A stretch of 63,523 bases of DNA, the filler included, from Octopus bimaculoides (taxonomy: Eukaryota): assembly GCF_001194135.2 (NCBI RefSeq). It is 8 parts of 8 records of this genome, joined end to end, with 100 filler letters (N's around TTAATTAATTAA, not from the genome) between each part and the next. Parts side by side here need not be neighbours in the genome. Positions count along the whole stretch, not along the records: positions 1 to 18,027 come from NC_068981.1; 7 more parts are not named here. One strand, 5' to 3'. Each line of letters starts with the position of its first letter. Positions within the stretch are counted from its first letter, which is position 1. This document shows positions 1 to 12,237 of the stretch, piece by piece. Made by a program: the position numbers and the translations under genes. The notes under the pieces were generated by a model. That model saw only the letters and a program-made list of their open reading frames with translations, was not told the origin of the DNA and ran no database searches.

Positions 1-125
1 TCTTGGAGCTAATTCACGGCAGCTTTCGTCCTAATTTTGGGACTGCCATGTTGGCTTGGCGATAACTATTAATTTCCAGTACCGCTGCCGTAGTCTCCTT
101 TAGAGAGACTTAGAAATATTAATAA

Positions 126-167
<42 letters not shown>

Positions 168-1320
168 CATACGATAATGTCAGCAATTCTTTGTTTGCAT
201 AAATAAAATTTCTCATGCGAAACTTTGTCGAGTCAAAACAACAGCCAATCTTCTGCTATTTTAGTATCACTGATTTTTGTGATTTTTTTCCAGTCTAAAG
301 ATTCAGCTGATTACGTCAAACTTTTTTCACCTCTTTGCTGGAATCTACAGAATTGGACTATTCTGGCTTTTGATTTTACTTTTCAATATATCCTTTCTCC
401 CCACTCATCATTTTACTTTTTAACACCTTTCCATACCTATATTGTTGTTTTCCGTTTGAAAGTCTTTTCAAGTGAAAGAAATATAATTTTTACTGTTAGG
501 GAATTTTCGTCTGACATTTAAAACTGTTTGAAATGAATGAACAAGTTTTCTTCTTGGAGAATGAACTCGATATATAGAAGTTTTATCTGAAAGGATTTCT
601 TTCGACGAGAATACATTTATTGGAAGAAAATCGCTACTCCTGTATATTTAATTTCAAATCAAAGTGAAGGCGTAGATACTGTTGAAGCACACGTAAAATT
701 GAAAGGAGATAAAAGTATTGTTAATTATTCTCGCAGCTTCTTATCCTATTTTAATCTATTCAAAGAATAAATTAAATTTCTGTTGTAGGTCGATGAACTA
801 AACAGAAACACTCCCAGGGTTTAACTGATTCTGAATTTGTACTATTTGTGAAGCAAATCCCCAGGAAGAGGATCATGGTGAGAAGTTTGCATTTGATCGT
901 ACACACACACGTGCACGTACATGAGTGTGTGTGTGTGTGCTAACATATATCTGATGACGTAGTACGGCCGAAGTATCAATGAGTTCGCATCACAGCCGCA
1001 AGTTTCAGGGTTCGATCACACATGCAGCAAAATGTGCAAATGTAATTTTATATGAACAGAAGTGGACCTACATCGTGACAGAAAGTTGGTGTTGGGGAGC
1101 TGTATAAACGTCCGTATGATCGGTTGTATTTATAATGCAAACCTTACAGTTTTCTAGTGCCCTGACTTACAAAACATGTGACTGACGATTAAACCTAAGG
1201 GAACAGAAGTGGAATACTTCGCCACTTATATTGTTATTCAATGAGCTACCAATTCACTTTGTCCTAAGATCCTAACCTTCATCGTTCAAATGCACAAAGA
1301 AACATCCACCCCCACCACAT

Positions 1321-1427
1321 GTATGTAAGTATATGTGTATGTATATTTATATATGTGTATGTATTTACATGTATATATGTATAAATCTATATCTATCTAT
1401 CTATCTATCTATCTATTTATCTACATT

Positions 1428-1474
<47 letters not shown>

Positions 1475-1499
1475 CTGTCCCTCTCTATCTGTGTGTGTT

Positions 1500-1560
<61 letters not shown>

Positions 1561-1571
1561 CTGTGTGTGTT

Positions 1572-1603
<32 letters not shown>

Positions 1604-1675
1604 TGTATGGGTGTGGGCTTATGTATATACATGTATAAATACACACATACATACATACATACATACATACATACA

Positions 1676-1705
<30 letters not shown>
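1321..1705. repeat. Compound microsatellite (TCTA)n/(TA)n/(TG)n/(CATA)n
   Basis: Directly visible; explains the six overlapping ORFs at 1333-1730. Confidence 0.95.
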
Positions 1706-1707
<2 letters not shown>

Positions 1708-2475
1708 CAGATTGGGTGGAAAGTAACTAGGTATTAGAAATTGCTTATAGAATTTTTAGTATCACTGAAGTCATGACGAAAACATTTTTTAAAGAGACAA
1801 CACTGATGGGGACTTTTATTTTCTTATTGCCTTATTTCTCATTTCTTATTTTCCATATGGCGGGTCGCTTGATTTGTCATGCAAAGCTGATGACCCCTGG
1901 CTCTGTGAACGATGTGAACGATGTAAGAAGTGGCCCAGCGGAGAACGTGGCAACAATTCAGGAAACGTTTAATTGCAGCCCGCAAAAATCAATACTCAAG
2001 CAACTCGTGAAATTGGATTAAGAAGACACATAATATGTACGGTGTTGCATAAAGAATTGAACTTTCGTCCGTGGAAACCTCCTTACGTGCAGGAGCTAAA
2101 ACCTGAATACTATGACCGCAGAAGTTCAGAAGTCCAGAAATCAAAGAAGTCTAGATCTCACTCCATGTGATCTTTACCTGTGGGGTTACACAAAAGAGGA
2201 GGTGTACATGACAAAACCTCGCACACTGGAGGGCTTGGAGACACGGATTCAGGAGGTTGTCAAGGATATCCCAGACAACGTCTTTTCGAAGGTTGTTCAT
2301 TCCGTCTCTAGCTGGTTGAGGAAACTGGTTGACGCCACCGGTACTTACCCTGAAACATGAAGATTTCCATTCATTGTAATAAAAAAAAACACATGTATCA
2401 TTTCTTTCAACAAATTTGTAAAAGGAATATGGATTTTATTACCAATTTCTTATCCCTACTATTTACCCACCTTAT
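1704..2475 (+). mobile_element. Internally deleted Tc1/mariner-superfamily transposon remnant
   Basis: N-terminal HTH-like text (SPQKSI..ATREIGLRRHIICTVLHKELNFRPWKP.YVQELKPE) joins almost directly to the C-terminal RSLDLTPCDLYLWGYTKEEVY.TKPRTLEGLETRI motif, so the catalytic D,D region is missing. Weak TIR-like ends: tacagattgggtggaaagtaactag and ctactatttacccacctta. Confidence 0.8.
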
Positions 2476-4334
2476 GCGCGAATGCGTGTAGACTTATTTG
2501 TAGAAGTTAGTTCAAATTGGTGAATTCTTCCTGAGGCTGAAGGATGAGTTAAACACTCCATAACTTAAAAGGTCATATCTAAAGGCGAAAAGGCATATTT
2601 CTACCCATTCTACTGACTTTCTTGAAACGCTGCTTATATGTATATAAGTACCCATAGCATTACATACTTAAACAGCTTAATAAATCTTTACAGTTCAACG
2701 TTGTTTTTCTACGTAGAAACATGCTCACATGTTCCTACATTTGATATCAACTTAAGAGAACACAATTCATTTTTTTTCACATGAATTGTTAAGAATGACA
2801 TAGACTGCACTATGTTCATATCATAAGCTTGCAACGCGTATGTTTTCGGAAAATGCACCTCATTATGATCAACATCATAATGTAAATATGGTGTTATTGC
2901 TTTGAATCAAATCGAGAGGCTTGCATTCTGTTATGCTTATTGGAAGAGTTGTTTAAAGGATACTTTTGGGAAATGCAAGCCGTTTATGTTATTTCAATCA
3001 TTTAATGTTCTTGCGGCTCTCGAAGATCGAAGATATTCTATAAAGTTGGCAGATTTTCTTCCACTATTCAGAACTGCGTTCGATTGAACCATGTACAAAA
3101 AAGGCCAGATTTTCTGCAGAATAGAGAACGATTAAGTATTATCTGAGAACTAATATTATTTAATAATGGACAAATAAAAGTAGTTTCTGAAGATCATATA
3201 TAATTTTGAATCATAATAATAATAATCTTGAAAGTTCTTTGGATTTAGATATTCGAACAGAAAAGAGGTTTTAGTAGGAGATTTTAAGCAAATTGAAATT
3301 ATTACAAAAAGAGACAAGAAGAAAAGAAAGAAAAGGAGGACGTGTTCAAATAAAAATGAAGATCAATATATAGTTCTTTGTATCAGAAATTATATTGCAG
3401 TGTTTCTTATGCATACATACGTATGTAGGGTGTTTGGTTTAGAATTAAACGGAGGAAATGGATAAGAAAGACAGGATGGTCATGCGTGCAGGAAAGATAA
3501 GACTGTGCATGTATTTACAGAAACTGGATTGGGAGAAACGTAGATAAACATTTCAAATCAAAGATTTTGAAGCAGAGACAAAACTGCAGGCGAAATTATA
3601 AAAGCAATGATTTTACGCGCGCGCGTACATATCTCAATTTATGTATTGAAATAAGAAGGGGAATCGCTGGAAATAGCAGTTAAGTCGACCTAAACTAACC
3701 CACACGTTACTATAACCTTAATTTCTGTGGAAGTTTGATTTTTGATGGTCTCATACCCCACTCCTCTACTTCCAACCTTTTTCCGCTGAGTACACCTATA
3801 TGTCTGTATCTCCTGTCCCCCTCGCCTGGTGTTTAACCTTTAGCAAGAAATTCCTATACCCCGAACCTGTACCTGATTGGCTTATATTCTTTTACTTTTC
3901 TTTTCTTTTTCTTTTTATATTCCCTTCACTCTTACTTCTGATTATTTATCCTTTCTTCTTCCCTTATCCTTAATTGTTTTATGATCTCTCCTTACTTACC
4001 ACTACGCCAAGCTTGCTAAAATAATTTATCTCCTACACATCATTCCGGCCTACCTAGAATCGAGTCTAGCAGACTCCTTATCGCCCGATTCACTGACTTT
4101 GAATATCATATTACACCATTTTCTTAACCTAAACGGCCAACATAGCTGCTCATTCTCCCATTTCACAGTTGGCTTCGACAGATTCTAGATACAAATTTTG
4201 CATTCTAAAGATTACGGTCTTTTATGATGATGTAATGTTCTGATTCTTCTATTAATAGGTTACGTAATAAACAGTTGTAATAAGCTGACAATTATCCATC
4301 GTTTGTTATTATTCATTTGATTATCGGTATGTAT

Positions 4335-4489
4335 GAGAGTGGCTGTGTGGTAAGTAGCTTGCTTACCAACCACATGGTTCTCGGTTCAGTTCTACTACGT
4401 GATACCTTGGGCAAGTGTCTTCTACTATGGCCTCCGGCCGACCAAAGCCTTCTCAGTGGATTTGGTAGATGCAAACTGAAAGAAGCCTG

Positions 4490-4576
<87 letters not shown>

Positions 4577-4596
4577 GGGCTTACAAAGAATAAGTC
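4335..4596 (+). mobile_element. tRNA-derived SINE family A (head + CORE-like domain + internal microsatellite, truncated tail)
   Basis: ggctgtgtggtaagtagcttgcttaccaaccacatggttc..ggttcagt head, accttgggcaagtgtcttctactat CORE-like motif, (TA)n(TG)n, then tail fragment gtactgggcttacaaagaataagtc. Many homologues in the window. Confidence 0.85.
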
Positions 4597-4665
4597 ATTA
4601 ATAATTATTACAACTTATGTTGTAATAATTTTCAGTTTATTACAACTGTTTCTTACATAGCCTAT

Positions 4666-5299
4666 TAATCGAAGAGGAACAACTTCCCGGTCATCTATAC
4701 TAAATGTCACTATTGTGTTCTATCTTATTCATTCTTTACTGCCTGTGTTGCATATTACACGCTTTTCTTTTTGTTCTCGCGTCGGAGTAACCAGTAAACA
4801 TCGAAAAATCAACACTAAGAAGGAAGAAATATTATTTAGATATATTTATTCGTTTGCCCAACATCGACACATAAAGTACGCTGATGTTTAAAAGATCCAC
4901 AGAGCTATGAGTCCGCAGCTAGCTTTTTTGTTGTTGACGTATATGTAGTTTCACAATACCTTATTTTACAGCTATGAGATGTTATTGTCATGATTGTATC
5001 TTACTATAATCAACAACAAACACATTTCGTCAATATAAAAGTATTTATTAGAATAAAAATATGATCAAAACATGAAGGCAAAACAAGACAAATGTCGGAT
5101 TATACAGCGGAAAATACGGCAATTGTAGTGGCAGTGACAAGTTCACTCGCTGGTTGCCAGTTGGGAGGGAAAGAGTAAGAATTGCACGGTGCTGACTAGA
5201 CAGGAACAAAGGATAAAGGTGGCATCGTCTTCTCGACATACGAATAGAACAAGGTGTGACATTTAGTAAAGATGTCCGGAAGTTGTTCCTCTTCGATTA
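4666..5299. mobile_element. Putative non-autonomous DNA transposon (MITE-like), about 630 bp, with about 55-bp imperfect terminal inverted repeats
   Basis: 4666-4723 taatcgaagaggaacaacttcccggtcatctatactaaatgtcac..gttctat is the near reverse complement of 5244-5299; TA at both outer ends. Confidence 0.7.
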
Positions 5300-7064
5300 C
5301 TGTCGCAAACAGCTGAATACACGTCTGAAATTACCCAAATACGACAACTTTAACACGAAATAATTTCTAAAATACCAAGTTTTATAAAAAATGTTCAAAG
5401 TAAACCGTGTTCTGAGTGAGACTTTCCACCAGTATACGAAGTTTCAAACTACTTAGTTAAAAAAGATTAATTAAGAAATCTGTGAGTCAAACTGAACAGA
5501 TGCAAGAATATAAACTCACACTGAAGCACACACACATATGCACATATATTGGTTTGATTTCCTCATTACATATATGTATATGCTTGTGTGCCTTTGTATC
5601 AGGCTTACAAAATAGGTGGTCGATTCTTTCGACTAAAACTGTGCAACTCAGTACCCCAGCGTTGCTGCAGACCTATTACTGAAACAAATAAATGGTAACA
5701 GATGAAAGGAATATATTTCTATATAAACACATCGTAAGCATGAATGTAAGATAGAAGAAAAGTAAACCCTGCAACCTATTGACTCATGTTGGGAATTGAA
5801 TCTCCAATCTGTTTCTTTCCGAGCGATCACAATATCCATTATACGACACAGCGTCATTGTTGCTAGTTAACACCTCATAGAGAGGGTAATAATTTGCGAT
5901 TGTGTCTTTCAGTCTTAGATTATATTGAAATATCTTATATAATCTATATATAAATTTTAAGAGTTAACATTTATTATTTTTTCTTATTCTTTTGTTTTTA
6001 ATTATAGTCGTCAACATGGAACAACAAATGTAATGCTTCTTTGATGTAAGAATATCCCAAGAGGTGAGTCAGTTTAAAGCAGACGTTAATTCATTAAATG
6101 TTTTGCTTTCTATTTAGTGAACTGCCAGATATAATATCTTTTAGAATATTAATAGCAGCCACCAGCAGCAGCGTGCAATAGAAAGCAGCAGCTGCAGAAT
6201 CTACTGTAGATTCAACAATGTCTATTGTTATTATAGTTAAATAATCACATTTTCTCCCTTAGGAAATGCATAAAAAAAGAGCATTGGTACCATTATATTA
6301 TATCAATATGAATACCGAAGTGAGTAAATAATTAAAATAATTTTTATTAAAGTATAAACATATATCCAGAATACATGCAGATCTTAGTGACAAAACGTAA
6401 CTGTAGTTCGACATAATTGTGGTGTAAGACTATATTAAGATTGTAAGATAGCAACTAGTTTCGAGATAAATGTTTAGTTGTGTCATTTTAAACGCCTCAT
6501 TTTCAGTCGTATGGTTGAATGGGTGCATAAATCAAAGCATTTTAGATATCCTTTTATTACATTCACTTGAATTACTCTCGTTATGCAAGACGTTGATTAT
6601 TATGAGGAATATTAAACCATTAGTGCAGCATATGAGATAGTGATTGTATGTTAGATTGTATTTGCATTCATTTAGCAGTAACATTGCTGGGCGGGTATAG
6701 AGAAATTTTACAATTTGATAAATTTTAATGCGAACAGATTTATATAGGACATTTCGTTTAATCATTAATCGTCGAACAATTAGTCTACTGAAGGAATTTT
6801 TATATGAATTAGATATATTCTCAGCATAATCTTTTTTTGTTCTCAATAATATTGACGTGGCACCATCTAAATAAGCATACGGTCCATCCAATTTGTTTTA
6901 AGGTATAAGGGTGACTGCAATTCTTTGGAAATACTTAACACTATAAGGCTAAATCTGATGTGTTCGAACTGAAACAACTGAACGATCGCCTCGAAACAAA
7001 TTAATATCTTATGATTATAATGGAACATAAAACAGTGTTACATGCAAAGTATGGCAATAACAAG

Positions 7065-7096
<32 letters not shown>

Positions 7097-7384
7097 NNNN
7101 NNNNNNNNNNNNNNNNNNNNNNNNNNNNNNNNNNNNNNNNNNNNNNNNNNNNNNNNNNNNNNNNNNNNNNNNNNNNNNNNNNNNNNNNNNNNNNNNNNNN
7201 NNNNNNNNNNNNNNNNNNNNNNNNNNNNNNNNNNNNNNNNNNNNNNNNNNNNNNNNNNNNNNNNNNNNNNNNNNNNNNNNNNNNNNNNNNNNNNNNNNNN
7301 NNNNNNNNNNNNNNNNNNNNNNNNNNNNNNNNNNNGATTTTAATTGAGTTTTTTACCTGTAATTTTGGATTTTGTCCCTAATAT

Positions 7385-7418
<34 letters not shown>

Positions 7419-7699
7419 TAAACAAAAATTTTAATTCTGGTCATGGAGTTATCAAAGGTTTCGTATCCATGAAAGCCAAAGCCTTGTAGACAACTTGTCA
7501 GACGCTATACAAAGACAAAACAATTTAAAGTTTTTACTACGCGGAAGAGAAGAAGTGCTCAGATATCGAAATTTAAAGCTTAACGTATAAAAACGTTAAT
7601 AGATCAGAGGACAAAACAACCCTTACACACCCGAAAAAGACCAACTAGCAAACGGGGAAATCCAATTTTCTAATACGTAGCGCTTGAAGTGGACACATT

Positions 7700-8460
7700 T
7701 AAAGAAAACTTGATCTTTATGGTTTTTACCGCACATGGCAGTCGTTTTATTTTCTAAATATCGTAGTAGGTATTTTCGATGTAGTCCAATTGTGTTGCTA
7801 CAGTTAACAACTTGCATTTGTGTTGGCCAAATTATTTTGCCAGTTGACTTGAAACTGTTTCTTTCCACACCCTACATACCTCTCATCGAATAATGTCGTC
7901 GTCAGGTGATTAAGGTATCGAGGATTTTGGAATTATTAGTTATATAAAACAGTTCATTGGGATGGTACTTTTCGTGTTTCTCAGGACAGCGACGGATTTC
8001 ATCAATCATTTATTAAATGCTGTTTATTTAATATACCTAATTCAATATAGATATGTCCCAGTCTCTATTACTGGATATATTGATCAAGAGAACGCTGTCG
8101 GCAATCATATGGAAGGTCTTTTCGAGTCGAGATATGTAACGCTCGTGTTTGATTTTTTTACGAAATGTTAATGTGGTAAAGAAGTTATGGCAAGCCGTGT
8201 ATCATATCGAAGTCTAAAATCCATAGAGATTGGAATTTAGAGCATGGCTAGTATACTAAGAGGGGTCAGTTAAAGTTTCAATGTTATACGAGATAATTAA
8301 ATTATATTGGAGGTTAGTGAGATTGGATGCCGGTTTAGTTCAAGTAATTTATTTAAATTTTGTATATTGTGATGCTTGACCACGTAGTAAATTTTCTGGA
8401 ATGAAAACGGTGTCTAGTGATTCAATCTAGCGATTAGTTAGAAGAGATAGAAGTGGATGG
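7700..8460 (-). mobile_element. Highly decayed CR1/L2-like LINE reverse-transcriptase remnant
   Basis: Minus-strand traces such as YLDSKRP (YLDFxKAFD-like) near 8140 and an ADD-like motif near 7900; many stops and frameshifts; boundaries approximate. Confidence 0.35.
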
Positions 8461-10684
8461 CATGCCGGTAAATGTTCACGTAAAAAATAGGAAACATGTC
8501 AGGATCTTTTGAAGAATAACGAGTAACTGCGCATTATCAAACTGCGATAATACTCCCTTTTACGAAAATTATATAATGGTTGGTATATTGGGCATTGTCC
8601 ACTTCGGTTTTAAAGAAGTTAACATTATTAGTCGCATCGAAGAGAAAGTAGCAGTTTTCCAGTTGAATAGACTCGATGTCAAAAACATTTCTTGTTGTGG
8701 GGAATATCACTCACATCCATCAGTGCATCATTATTTGTTGGCAAATAAGGGGTGTTATTGCGATATGATTATTTATTTCGGTAGCCCAGTCTTCTTCTAT
8801 GGTACATTGATTGTTGATACGTTTCATGTTGCTCTGAAAATAATATTTTGCTTCGAGTGTCTTTATGGCTGTTGATTGTAAGTGTTTCTGAAATATCGTA
8901 AATGATTAATATTTGATTAGTCATTTCTGTTGCCTAATTGAGTGTTTTTTCGAGACAAATACTTTGCTATGTTTGTTGCTTGAAAATCTGTTGTCCACTA
9001 TATTCTGCAACTTATGGAGATGTTTACAAAAGACCAGTCAACAGACAATTTATCTTACTACGATACTGCTCAGTTTATTTTCTACAGATGCATGCTGTCG
9101 AATGTGTGTGCTTAGGAGACTCTGTCTGGTTTGGTTTTGGGAAATTGTAAACTAAAATTACAGAGCTGAATGCTTCGTTAATAATAGATTTTTTAAAGAT
9201 GTTACTTTGGTTGCCTCAAGCATGGATTCCAATCCAAAAATATCATCCATAGAAATAAACTGCATTAATAATACTTCTTCGCCTGACTGATGAAGAATTA
9301 TATGGTTCCATATTAGGTGTGGGCTAAACCGCATAAGGAAATTTGTAAAAGTGGCCCAACATCCATATTTTATTTTTGCGGGGGTATTCCGTTTTCATAA
9401 TATTTTATTTTGTGTACTGAGCCTATAGTCGGCAGCAATATTCAAGGTGATACCAGAGAAGTATTGACGATAAAAGGGTGATTATACATGAATCTCAGGA
9501 CAAAAACTATTTAAGGGCCCTTGAACTCACTCTTGGATCACATCAGCTTTATTGCTGATTTCACTCCAGCATCAGTCTATGTCTTCAGTTATTCAAAAGT
9601 CTTTCGAAAATTTTGAAGTCGCAACAATATCACTTGACGGAAGATAATATGGCTCTAGAGGCGATGAGCTGGAATTTTCCCATAATTTAGCAGGATGTCA
9701 TATTTTTGCATCTGTTAAATCACAGAGTATAGGCGTAACCAGTTCTCTATTGAGTCATACACACCTTTGGAGACATTCTGGGGCTTGGGATCTTCAGTAA
9801 ATATTTGTATTTTCCTATATTAAATTATATTTGCTATACCAATTATGTAAATAATAAACATTAAAGCAATTCATGAGAAAATTCTGTCGATGAGAACATG
9901 CTAATTTTATTAGATTCTGTTGCGCAGTGCATCAATCCCAACAGTTCCTCTTACAAAGAAACCCCTCTACATAACGTTAAATTGTAACACATGCTACAAG
10001 ATGTTACCAAACACGGCTTAAAATATTGATTTCAACACAGAATACTTTCCTTACTTCCCTATAAACGAACACCCCACTCCTGTCAATGTTTGTATTTCGT
10101 TAAATCGGTAATTGAAAGACAATTCACTCATAAATTTATCACACCAAAATTCTGTTCAGGAAATGGAAATACATTTAATAAGATTCTTCTCTAAAGATAT
10201 CGGCATTTTAAACACATTAGTAATTTAAGTAATGATAACATTACACTTTAACGTACACATGGGAATATTTGTCATTTATGTTATTAACGATTTTAAATAG
10301 CCAAGCAACGCTCTGCTAAGATTAACTAAATTAATCATAATATTATTAGGCTATTGTGATAGACATTGAATCTAAATTTAATTTTAAGGAGAATTGATGT
10401 ATAAACCTACTCCCATGTTAATCACATATCGAATTTAACACTTCAACAATACTTCCGAATAACGCTACGGTCCAAAACAAAAAAATACTAAGCTAGAACA
10501 AGTTTTCGGAAACATATTTTCATCATAAGCAACATGATAACTGTATTTTTTGAGACCGCTTTATACAATTATATATACACATACATAATACATACATACA
10601 CACAGTCACACACACAACTACACACAGACACACACACACATATGTAAATATATATATATACATATANNNNNNNNNNNNATATAT

Positions 10685-10735
<51 letters not shown>

Positions 10736-10920
10736 TACATGCATGTGTGCCTGTACATATGTACGTGTAAATATATATATATATATATATACATACATAC
10801 AATGATACACATGTATGCATTTGTATATGTATACATACATACATGCATACATACTCACACTCATACACACACCTACATACATGCATACACACATACATGT
10901 ATATATATATATATATATAC

Positions 10921-11100
10921 ATATTTGTTTTGCAAGATTTTTGATGTGAAATCGTGTGTTGAAACAGATGTTGTTGTACTTGGGGATGGTCATATTGACA
11001 GTTTAGCCAATAAAAACACACGCACTGTATATTTGGTGTTAATTTGCTTCAGCTTTATATTACATNNNNNNNNNNTGTTACCTCATCAGTGGTCCTTTGT
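10921..11100 (-). mobile_element. Diverged member of the (TA)n-flanked hammerhead-core element family
   Basis: 10921-10980 is homologous to 55762-55830 (ttgcaagatt.tt.atgtga.tcgtgtgttgaa) and follows (TA)n. Minus strand has CTGATGA at 11083-11089, interrupted by a 10-N gap. Confidence 0.55.
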
Positions 11101-11372
11101 TTCCTTCTTTCTTATGTGTGTCTCACCTTGCTAACTATCAGCCATTTTGTATTTTGTATTCCTATTGTATGTGTCTACGCATGCGTGTCCTTCAATGTGT
11201 CTGTGTCTTTTGTAAGTGCATGTGTGTATGGGGAGTGTCAGTATCACCTATATTCTCTGTTAATACGTGTTCGTTTGTATTTGTTTTTATTTTAGATGTA
11301 GTCTACGGTACATTTAGACATAGGTACTACGTAGTGGCGTGTGTATGCATGTATGTGGGTATGTACGTATGC

Positions 11373-11405
<33 letters not shown>

Positions 11406-11734
11406 GGCCCCATATTGTTGTCAGGATAATGACTAAACAAAATGGAGAGATTATTACAATTTAAAGTAATGACTATTTGCCAACATAATGTGAATGTACC
11501 GAAAGGGACGATGCTACTGTTGTTTTAGTAACATCGTCCCTTTCTGGACAGCCACAGTATGTTTTCAAATAGCGTTTACTTTAAAGAACTGTTACTAAAT
11601 GTCTCTCTGTAGGAGATTTAGAAATAATAATATTTCTATATTACAATTTAAATATGTGGAAATACGAAAACTTATCTGAAGATACACAAAATGGATAAAA
11701 ATCCCAAAATAATACTGAAGTAAAAAATGATTTA

Positions 11735-11855
11735 AACATATGGGTTCAGTCCCACTGCGTGGCGCCTTGGGTAAATGTCTTCTACTACAGCATCGGGCCG
11801 AAGAAAGCCTTGTGAGTTGATTCGGTAGACGGAAAGGAAACTGAAAGAAGACCGT

Positions 11856-11921
<66 letters not shown>

Positions 11922-11944
11922 CACGCACACACACATATATACAT

Positions 11945-12004
<60 letters not shown>

Positions 12005-12237
12005 GTATATATGTATGTGTGTCGCTTTGCGTCTGTGTTTGTCACCCACCTAGGCTTGACAACCGGAGTTGTTGTATTTACGTCCCCGTACCTTAGCGGT
12101 TCGGCAGCGATACCAATAGAATAAGTACTAAGCTTTAATAGTAAATCTTAGGGTCGATATTGTTCGACGAAAACCCTTGAAGCCGGTGTTCCAGAATGGC
12201 TACAGTTAAGTGACTGAAGCAAGTAAAAATAAAAGAC
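11735..12237 (+). mobile_element. SINE family A, near full length
   Basis: ggttcagtcccactgcgtggcgccttgggtaaatgtcttctactac, internal (CA)n, tail gcttgacaacc..tttacgtccccgtaccttagcggttcggca..gtgactgaagcaagtaaaa. Confidence 0.88.

Noticed and set aside
6008-6063. Strong acceptor and GAG|gtgagt donor around a 56-nt segment
   Set aside because: Stops in all three frames and no similarity to SCYL2; could only be a non-coding or cryptic exon, and it lies on a different contig block.
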